NCBI GenBank assembly: GCA_964016885.1
Contig: OZ024743.1
Coordinates: 83,018,001 to 83,082,000 of the forward strand
DNA length: 64,000 nucleotides
Direction of reading: 5' to 3'
DNA from: Eledone cirrhosa
Taxonomy: Eukaryota
The notes under the pieces were generated by a model, which had not been told where the DNA came from, searched no databases, and saw only the letters and a program-made list of their open reading frames with translations. Position 1 is the stretch's first letter. Each line of letters begins with the position of its first letter. The translations under genes and the position numbers were made by a program. Positions 1-9,142 of the stretch are shown piece by piece.

Positions 1-556
1 AGGACCCTGGCCCCATGACTCTCCCAGGATTAAGTGGGCAAAGAAGAAGAAAGAGTTGTGTGTGGTCGTGTGTATAGATATCTGGCTTAGTGAGTGTTTA
101 TATGTATGTGTGCATCTATATGCTCATCTAAGTGCATTTGGCTGGTAAACTTGAGATAGAATAACCATGAGAGGGTTCAGAAATATATTTATGGAGAAAA
201 TATGTTAGGGTTTGTGTGTGTGAGTATGTCTGCTCCTAGGTATGGTTGTCTTGACCTTCAGATCAACAGTCACCAACCATTGGTCTGCGGACCACTGGTG
301 GTCCAAGAGAAAATGTTGAAGGTCTGCAGAAAAATGTGGACATTATTTGCAATGTTTATATTTTATTAATAATAAAACCTAAATAATATTCGGTTAAAAT
401 ATATTTTATAACACCTCTAAAAAATGTTTCTCCTCAGTAAAGAACTAACATCCATGAAAGAATTTTACACATATTTATCATCTATCGACAATATGTCACA
501 CGCTTCAGTATTGTTTGATAAAATGGAAGTTCTCTGATAATATTTCTCTGATAATA

Positions 557-626
557 TTGGTAGAGCGTCAGACACCATGCTTTGCAGCATAGAGTTATGG
601 CACTTTACGTTCTGAGTTCAAATCCT
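557..626 (+). mobile_element. tRNA-derived SINE 5' head fragment
   Basis: A-box-like TTGGTAGAGC and B-box GAGTTCAAATCC; similar to the head of the fuller SINE at 49062-49237. Confidence 0.55.
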
Positions 627-1033
627 GGACATTCTCCATGCAATGAACCCTTCTCAATACGAAGCCACATTGTGTAAGCTAGGGGCTAGTAGCACCCCAG
701 TTTTAGAGGCAGGCACTCTCCACGCAGTGAACCCTTCTAAATACGAAACCAAATTGTGTGAGCCTGCGACTAGGTGGCACCAGTATCCGGCATCAGATCT
801 GTTGTCTGTATTATTGGTCAACACTGATAGTGTTGACCAATAAGACTACCTGTATTATCAGAAATAATCCGATAATACAGGCAGTCTGATATTGTTGATT
901 AGTGCATTTTATTGTAGCAATAACACTAGGGAAGTTGTCAAGTCCTTGGCAGAGCTGAACAATCATCTCTTGACCTTTTGTTTGGCAGGTTTTCTACAGC
1001 TGGATGACCTTCTTATCACCAACCACTTTGTAC

Positions 1034-1141
<108 letters not shown>

Positions 1142-1506
1142 ATGAATATAAAATGAAAGTGCTTTTATAAAGGAATTTATTAGGTATTGACATATGTTTC
1201 TGTAACAGACGGAATACCTATGTATCGCTGCTTGCGTAATCATATAATGTTAGCAAGTATTCGATAGCAAATGTATAATCAGTTGTCATTTCTTCAGAGA
1301 TATTGGATAAGTTGGAAAAAATCAGAAAAATTGAAGTATTTATATTAGTTGTAAGAAGGAAGAAGAGAGGGGATAGTATATGACAGATGGCAATTCAATT
1401 TACTGGTAAACAAGTATATAGAAGGTTTTTAATGAGAATACAATGAGTATATGGCTTATTTTATCTAAATAAGAATTTTTGGGAGTGCCTATTTTAATCT
1501 ATATTT

Positions 1507-1997
1507 CAATCAGCATGTTGATTTTCACAATCAGTATGTTGATTTTGGTATGGTCCGAAACAGCTGAGTTTCGGTGGATCAGATATTTGGAAGTCATGGG
1601 TTTGGCATAATGGGAATGGAGGATTTGTTTTTGGTTATTAATGGTATCTAACCAGAGCTCTGTGTCTAGTACAGGTAATCGATGGTTGGGGTGTTTGCTT
1701 GGGTAGTCTATAGTAACTCTAATACTCTGGTGGATGGAGTTAGCTATTTGCTGGATGCTTTCCATTGTGTTTTTCTCTAATTCCTGACTGTTCTGTTTGT
1801 TCTCTAGTGGGGGTGTTTTAACTACGATGTTTATATCATCAACGTAGCGGGAGTACATTATCAGGGTTAAGGGGTTTTCTAATTGTTCTTTAAGTTTAAG
1901 TTTAAGTCTACAGTCCTATCATACCATGAATAGGTTAGCTATGTCGCCTGCAATGCTAACACCAATGGCTGCTCCCTCCTCTTCGGCATATGTTTTT
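1507..1997 (-). mobile_element. Penelope-like element RT segment, inverted relative to the adjacent 3' half
   Basis: Minus strand reads EGAAIGVSIAGDIANLFMV**...YSRYVDDINIVV...LPVLDTELW...KINILI, homologous to the RT at 24199-25596. The WW codons have become TGA TAG. Confidence 0.9.
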
Positions 1998-3270
1998 CGG
2001 TACGGGTGATGGTACGGGTGATGAGAAACGTGTCCCGCATGTGCAACCCCGAAGAACTAGAGAGACACATACAACACTTCATCCACTGTATGCAGTTCTC
2101 TGGTTACAATCAGAGAGATAAAATCAGAGTGTATAGAGGAGCCAGAACCAAATGGGAAAAAATGGTAAATAATGACACAAATAGGACCTGCCTCTTGTAT
2201 AGGAGCAAATTTTGGAATAGAATAAAAAGAACTAGGAATAAGGCTAATAGAATAAACTCATGGTATGATACCAATAAATACCAGAGTGTAATGTTCATCG
2301 ATACAACCCCTAGAAGTGAATTAGCTTACAAATTTAGAAGGGCCCTAGATAAACATAAACTCAATATTAAGATAGTAGAAAGACCAGGTTCCTCCATAAA
2401 AACACTTATTAGCAAGACATACCCTTTTCAAAGACCTTCCTGTATAGATAAGAAATGTATAATCTGTAAATTAAGCCCCCATATTAACTGTAAAACTATA
2501 AATGTAGTATATAGCATAAGATGTACTGAAGGACAATGTAGAGATAAAAATATAGTGTACATAGGTGAGACAGCTCGTAGTATAGGGGAACGGATAAATG
2601 AACACTGGCGAGACCTTCAAGATAGTAAAGAATCATCTGTACTCTACCAACATGCTAAAATAGAACATAAGGGTAAATTAGAGAACATAGAAATAAAAAT
2701 AGAATCTACACACAGAAAAGACGCAATGTTTAGACAAATCACAGAGGCAATAAACATAAATGAATTACAACCAAAATTAAATAGAAAACATGAGTGGAAC
2801 AGCAACATCACAACTTACAATTAAGGTCAAAATGAAAATACACACGCACATAGAACAAACAACCAACCAGTAACATGTAAATAAACAAATAAATAAACGA
2901 TAAACACACACAGACACCCGGATGTAACACATGCGCAAACTAAGCACACAACACACACACAAAAATAAGATGGCGTAGGACAGAACAAAGGAGAGGCACA
3001 AAAAACAAAGAAAAGAATCCCCAGTCACTGAAGAGGTCACAGAATGTGTGACGAAAGAACTTTGACAATATATAAACAACCATCTGGTTGTGGAACCAAC
3101 CAACCAACCGGAAATTTATAAATTCCTAATTTATAAATTTATTATAATAAATTGAAGTGAAAGCAACTGGTGCGTGTGTTTCTTATTGGCAACATGACCC
3201 TCCCAAAGTATAACAATATCGGTTTCAACACACGTTTTCAGATAAAGAATCTTGCTAAACAAATTCAGAA
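1998..3270 (+). mobile_element. Penelope-like element 3' half: RT thumb, GIY-YIG endonuclease (ORF 2006-2824) and 3' UTR/pLTR ending at (TA)n
   Basis: CxxC linker, VVYSIRC...YIGETARSIGERINEH, HxxxxH, E and LN motifs of a PLE GIY-YIG. Terminal ATGACCCTCCCAAAGTATAACAATA is shared with the copies at ~23100 and ~41710. Confidence 0.9.
3024..3066 (+). ncRNA. Putative minimal hammerhead ribozyme in Penelope 3' UTR
   Basis: CTGAAGA-G-GTCACA gaatg TGTGAC-GAAA-GAACTT. The equivalent motif in the 23.3 kb copy has a different but still paired stem II. Stems I and III are weak. Confidence 0.6.
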
Positions 3271-3294
3271 ATATATATATATATATATATATAT

Positions 3295-3756
3295 AAAGAA
3301 TGAATAATAACAGGTAGACATCATAAAAAGGTAATTTATTCCGTGTGCTTACAAATGTTTCTACGGTGGTTATACAGCCTCGTTATGCTATGTGCAAATT
3401 TATAACTATTTGCAAAACTCAATTATCAAATGCTGTTACCACTGTATCCTCAGAGCAGAGTGGTTAAAATGTAAAATGTAAATACCCTTAAGGGAAGTTA
3501 TTGGGGAAGATAGAATAGAAAAGGGAGAGGGAGAGGGAGAGAGAGAGAGATATGCAGGGGTTGGAGAAATGAGAGAGAGTGGCTTGTAGAATACAGATAT
3601 CTTAATCAAAATGTTCTGGTAGGGGTTTTATTATACTGGTTACTCTCAAAGCGACAACCTTAAGCGATGCGTTGATAGTTAAGGTTGGAATTATTTATTG
3701 CCACAGAGAGCAGGTTCATAGATGTGGAGAGGGAGGGAGTGGACCGAGGGCGAGAA

Positions 3757-3812
<56 letters not shown>

Positions 3813-4245
3813 ATGGAGAGAGAGGAAGAGATAGAGATAGAGAGGGGACAGACGAAAGCTATGGGATGGGTGTACATTGAGTTCATAGTTGTAGGCTACA
3901 AATTGCACTTAAGTATCCATTTATAGTGATAAGCAGGGTATTGTCTTGTAGTGTGGGGGATATAGTTAAGAAGTTGTTATTGAGTGAAAGTAGTTAGCGA
4001 GAAAACAATGTTATAGTTACGGGTTCGAATGTTAAGTTATTTTATAGTGAGAGAATTTAGCCTTCAGTTTGTGGTTGCAGTATAATGATCGTTCGATTCT
4101 GTCATTTAGTAATTTATTTTTGGATTTTAAGATGTAAAAGAGTTCATGGTTACATAACCTGCAGTACTTCAATCCACTCCGATATGCACTAGCGCTGTGA
4201 AGTATATCCCATTTCAGCATTTCAGGGTGAACTGTTGGTTGCGTT
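3295..4245 (-). mobile_element. 5'-truncated Penelope-like element of a second family (endonuclease C-terminus ORF 4032-4220 plus 3' UTR)
   Basis: WDIL..A..Y....K.C.LC..E...IL......LLN.R.E....C.H pattern typical of a PLE GIY-YIG C-terminus; downstream hammerhead; (TA)n on both sides. Confidence 0.7.
3346..3457 (-). ncRNA. Putative type-I hammerhead ribozyme with long stem II
   Basis: Minus strand: TGCT-CTGAGGA-TACAGTGGT...ACCACCGTA-GAAA-CATTTG-TA-AGCA. Stems I, II and III are present, with a GUA cleavage triplet. Confidence 0.7.
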
Positions 4246-4247
4246 CA

Positions 4248-4296
<49 letters not shown>

Positions 4297-4319
4297 GTAT
4301 ATTTTATATATATATATAT

Positions 4320-4990
4320 ATATATGAATGTATATATAGTGTATTTTGCAATACACTGTATGGTTAATTAAAAGCATTTTGAAGACCTTACGCTATTGTT
4401 TTAAAGTAGTGACATAGTCACTTACTTCTATTTTCAGCAAACAAGGGGAGATAAGCTGACTGAGCTCTGTTTTGTACTTGTTGGTACTTATCAAAGCCTA
4501 GCACTTCCCCGTCTGTTGAAAATTATGAATGTTGGATTCTTATAGAATTCCAGTAATAATCCGGAACTGATTATGCAGAGCGGTTGCCGGTCCAGCTAAA
4601 TTTGAAAATTAGAATTGGTGCTCTGAAAGAGCGATATATATATATGAATGTATATATAGTATATTTTGCAATACACTGTATGCTTACCCGCAAACGCTCT
4701 GTATAATCAGTTCCTGATTATTACTAGAATTCTATAAGAATCCAACATTCATAATTTTCAACAGACAGGGAAGTGCTAAGCTTTGATAAGTACCAACAAG
4801 TACGAAGCAGAGCTCAGTCAGCTTATTTTCCCTTGTTTGCTGAAAATAGAAGTAAGTGACTATGTCACTACTCTAAAACAATAGCGTAAGGTCTTCAAAA
4901 TGCTTTTAATTAAGCATACAGTGTATTGCAAAATACACTATATATACATTCATATATATATCGCTATTTCAGAGTACCAATTCTAATTTT
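4320..4990. mobile_element. Non-coding partial-tandem plus inverted (fold-back) element between (TA)n tracts
   Basis: ~4320-4590 is repeated inverted at ~4686-4960; the head is restarted at ~4640-4685; the tail 4605-4634 is inverted at 4961-4990. A diverged relative lies at 38015-38800. Confidence 0.75.
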
Positions 4991-5000
4991 ATATATATAT

Positions 5001-5190
5001 ATAGGAAAAAGTATGACCCCGACGGCAGAGCTCAAGCCAATGGACTAAATTCAGTCCAGAAATAGCCGTCGAAACAGCTTGAGCTCTGCCGTCGGGGTCA
5101 TACTTTTTCCTATTACCCACTCTACTACCCTAAGTATTGAGTACTCTGGTGCGTTATGGTCCATCTGTTTCCTTACCATAACTCCTTCGT
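5001..5190 (+). mobile_element. Short hairpin-headed element inserted in (TA)n (copy 1)
   Basis: 5001-5037 is the reverse complement of ~5077-5113, followed by a ~77-bp unique tail; second copy at 21279-21479. Confidence 0.75.
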
Positions 5191-5232
5191 TATATATACA
5201 TATATCATATATATATATATGTATATATATAC

Positions 5233-5307
<75 letters not shown>

Positions 5308-5430
5308 GGAGGTGAGTTTTATTGTAGTACAATAAAGCAATGCAGATATCGGATAAGAAGCACTCTACAGTTTGTGGGACTGGAGTATGCATAATATAAG
5401 ATCAAAAGATGGTTAAAGGAGTTCCATATA

Positions 5431-5497
5431 TTTTATTATGCGCATTTCAAAAACAAACATCATCAAGCAATAATATTTGTGTTTTCATCAGATAAAA
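5431..5497 (-). ncRNA. Putative type-I hammerhead ribozyme (left arm of palindrome)
   Basis: Reverse complement of the 5636-5702 motif. Confidence 0.75.
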
Positions 5498-5635
5498 CAG
5501 GAGAACATGATATGAAGGCTAAAAAACACTTGTGGATAGTGCAGTTTTAAATCAACATATCAACAAATCAATATATGTTGATTTAAAACTGCACTATCCA
5601 CAAGTGTTGTTTAGCCTTCATATCATGTTCTCCTG

Positions 5636-5702
5636 TTTTATCTGATGAAAACACAAATATTATTGCTTGATGATGTTTGTTTTTGAAATGCGCATAATAA
5701 AA
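5636..5702 (+). ncRNA. Putative type-I hammerhead ribozyme (right arm of palindrome)
   Basis: TTTTAT-CTGATGA-[AAACACAAATATTATT..GATGATGTTTGTTTTT]-GAAA-TGCGCA-TA-ATAAAA: 6-bp stem I, intact core, palindromic stem III. Confidence 0.8.
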
Positions 5703-5734
5703 TATATGGAACTCCTTTAACCATCTTTTGATCT

Positions 5735-5818
<84 letters not shown>

Positions 5819-5934
5819 GAAAGGTATAGAAAACATTGTAGCGAAAAGCCAACAGTATTCCATAATATATATATATATATATATACTGTGTTAGGTCACT
5901 CTTGAGTGATACTGGTAACATGTAAACCAGTACA

Positions 5935-6790
5935 ATATGTCGTATGGTCGGGTCGTCGGCGACTAAACTGGCAGCCCCACCAACTTCACTTGATGAGGAG
6001 GGTGGTTTTGGACACCCTGCAGGACAAAAAACAAAACCTGACAAAGGGCGGAAGAACTGATAAGAGTCAACGGCTATCCAAAAATGTGTAAATATGTATA
6101 TGCAAATGTACATATGTATGTGTATGTATATATGTGTGTATATGCCTGGGGTGTCAGGGAGGGGCATGTACCTCTGTAGGGGGAGCTAGCCATGCCCTTT
6201 TCAGGACAGCTCGTCTGCATTGAGTCCCACCTGACACTCATTTCTTACCTGTGGCCCCAAGAAGCTGTAGCATGCGACAGCGGCCACACCCCGGTAAACC
6301 GCTTTGGCTGGTGGACCGAACCAGGTTGAGGGTAGCCGGACGGGTCTGAAACCCCTCAGTGAGTTAGATAGGGGATGCCTGCCCCTGCATGCGAAGACTG
6401 GACTCGGCGGAGTGAGTGGAGGAGGACAACATCGTCCCAACAGTCATGAAGGCGGCGACAGCAAGCGGCGTGGAACGCTATGTCACGGCAAGGCACTACA
6501 GATGTCGTGGCCATCCACTGCAGCCAAGAAAGTCCCTGGTCGTGACGTCCTCCGTACCACCAGATTCTGGCTTCTGCGGCCGAGTGAGTGGGACCGTCAC
6601 TGTGCACTGGCCCTCCCACTATAAACCTTTCCCGCACAGGTTTCTTCTTTAGCGTGCACTCCCAAAGCCCTAGGCCCGTGAAAGGAGAAAGACATCAATA
6701 GCTGCTCCAAGCGACTCCGGTCTCTTCCCCTGCTCCCACTGTCTCCGGACCTGCAAGTCAAGGATCGGCATCCACATCCACCTTCGTGCA
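5935..6790. mobile_element. GC-rich non-coding segments, probably LINE (RTE-type) 5' UTR relics
   Basis: Sharp GC rise against the AT-rich background and no credible ORF. The family assignment is recalled resemblance only and was not verified. Confidence 0.35.
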
Positions 6791-7103
6791 GGAAGGAACT
6801 AAAATAAAGAAGATGCCATCATCGTTTACGATACAGACGAACTAAAATAAAGAAGATGTCATCATCGTTTACGATGGAAAACCAAGATAAGATATACGTA
6901 CTGTATATATATATATTATATATACGTATATTATATATATATACGTTTAAATTTGGTAGTTTACCACTGAGTAGAATTGGTCATTCTGCAATGTTAACCA
7001 GGACGTAATATGAGGAAATACGTGGAAATGGAGTAAATGTATCATAAAGTGAAATGACAGGAGGCCAAATATGCTGAATTTCTTTAATTTTTTATTACTA
7101 TAA

Positions 7104-7161
7104 ACACTATACACATTTCAGTGGCCAGGTTGCATAAGATCCCGGTGACCTCATCAGGTGT
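7104..7161 (-). ncRNA. Putative (partly decayed) type-I hammerhead ribozyme
   Basis: Minus strand: ACAC-CTGATGA-GGTCACCGGG...CCTGGCCACT-GAAA-TGTGTA-TA-GTGT. Upstream on the same strand (~7480-7530) ISNRNVSLLDVFL resembles a decayed PLE RT motif. Confidence 0.55.
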
Positions 7162-7707
7162 AAATTGTGTAGTAGATATATACCAACGGAATGATGGTAA
7201 GCTTTAAGGAAACAAGCAAAGAAAAGGTGTGTGCTATGTTTTTGACCCAGAGAAGGACATAGTAGCACGCTGCCACATTGGTCTTCCGCTTCTGAGTGAG
7301 GTTATTTTAAACAAATCTTGCTAGTTTGCTAGCGGGTAGGGGGATGTATAGTTTACTTGGCAAATCAACTCTATCAACCTTCGGACAGCAGGCCAGAGGA
7401 TATAGTGTTACAGAGAATGGTAATTTGCCTGGATCAAGCTAAGGTCTATGCACTAACGGAAAGTATACAACATACGGGAGGTCAGGAACACATCGAGTAG
7501 AGAGACATTCCTGTTAGAAATGTACATAAGTTGGAGTAGGGTTAATTTTAGGAATTGAGGTTTAAAACTGAGAATTTAAATAAGTAGACCAGTTACGTTA
7601 ATGATTCCAATTATAGAGTTGTGTCTGGGACCTAATAAGACAAATAACATAATGTTACTATCTAATTCAGGATCACCTTATAGATCAATGTTACATTAAA
7701 TTACTAT

Positions 7708-8320
7708 AGTGGTGGTGGTGGTGTTGTTGTTGTTGGTGGTGGTAGTTGTGGTATTGTGGTGGTGGTGGTGGTGGTATGGTGGTGGTGGTATAGTGGTGGT
7801 GGTGGTAGTGGTGGTGGTGGTGATGGTGGTGGTTGTATGGTACGATGGTGGTGGTTGTATGGTGTGATGGTGGTGGTGGTGGTTGTATGGTGGTGGTGGT
7901 GGTGGTGGTGGTGGTGGTGGTGGTGGTGGTGGTGATGGTAGTGGTGGTATGGTGGTGGTGGTGGTGGTGGCGGTGGCAGTGGTGGTGATGTTGGGGGTTG
8001 GTATGGTGTGGTGGTGCTGGTGCTGGTGTTGGTGGTGGTGGTGTTGGTTGTGGTGTTGGTTTGGTGGTGATGGTGTTGGTATGGTGGTGGTGGTGAAGGT
8101 GGTGATGGTTATGGTGTTGTTATGGTGGTGATGGTGGTGATATGGTGGTGGTGGTGGTGATATGGTGTTGGTGGTGGTGATGGTGGTTGTGCTGGTGGCG
8201 GTGGTGATCGTGGTGGTGATGGTGATGGTGGTTGTGGTGGTGGTGGTGGTGGTTATGGTGGTGGCGGTGTTGATGGTGGTGGTGGTGGTATTGGTGTAGT
8301 GTCTGGTAGTGGTGTAGTGT
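7708..8320. repeat. Degenerate (GGT)n trinucleotide tract ending in ~1.5 units of the 18-bp satellite
   Basis: Directly visible; GGTGTAGTGTCTGGTAGTGGTGTAGTGT at ~8293-8320. Confidence 0.95.
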
Positions 8321-9142
8321 AGGTTCAGTATGAGATGGTGCTGGTTCATTGGTTAGTGTGCTGCGCTCATAAACATAGATCAGGCAGCACATTGTATTCT
8401 TGAGCCAGTTGCTTCATTTCAGGTTTTTCATGATAGAACTGAGGTCCCTATCATTACAACAACCGGGAAACCTACGAGAGACAGCCTTGTCCATCTACCT
8501 ATCTATCTCACTCACTCACTCTCTCTCTATATATATATACATACTTCCACACACACAAAAATACAGATTCATACACATCTACATATGGAAAAATTATAAT
8601 TTCAAGGGAGGTAACTCTACAATTTAATATTTGGTTCTCTCCCTCGTGTGGGTGTGTTTTAGTTATGAATTAACTTCAGACAGTCAGCCATACAGACACA
8701 TGATATGAGTGAGCAGCGTTGTATCTACGTATCTATCTAATTATATGTCAGTTAAAACATTGCCTTTCTTTTCCCATTTTAGAAAGAGCCACAATGCTGA
8801 ATTATATGACCGTATCTAAGTGTATGGTAGAGAGAGAGAGAGAGAGAGAGATTAAGCATACCTTTTGGTTTGGCGCCATTGGGTGGGGCCTCTTTTCGTG
8901 ACGGGGTCTTCTTAACACCAGGGAAGTATTTCTTAAAACCCTCCGGTACATTGCTGTTGCGAAGCAGAGCCCTGTCCTTGATTAGGGACAACAACGGCCG
9001 TGATGAAGCAGTTACATTTTAGAGGTAACGTAGGAATGACGATATATCTGAAATAGAGATTTTAGGTGTTATAAAGGGCCAGGTTTGGACGTGGGGTAGA
9101 TATGATGATATTATATATCTGAATATATACAATGGTGGTATG

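Larger units (their letters stand above)
5391..5742. repeat. ~170-bp-arm near-perfect inverted repeat with ~12-bp spacer
   Basis: 5391-5560 versus 5573-5742 are reverse complements with about one mismatch; the right arm runs into (TA)n. Confidence 0.95.

Noticed and set aside
634-770. ~84-bp direct repeat pair as degenerate zinc fingers
   Set aside because: The period matches a finger, but no CxxC/HxxxH pattern was evident.
1916-1921. TGG TGG to TGA TAG as APOBEC-type hypermutation or selenocysteine recoding
   Set aside because: Only two changes, at Trp rather than Cys positions; ordinary decay suffices.
7696-8392. Thr/His/Pro/Gly-rich ORFs
   Set aside because: Translations of the (GGT)n tract.
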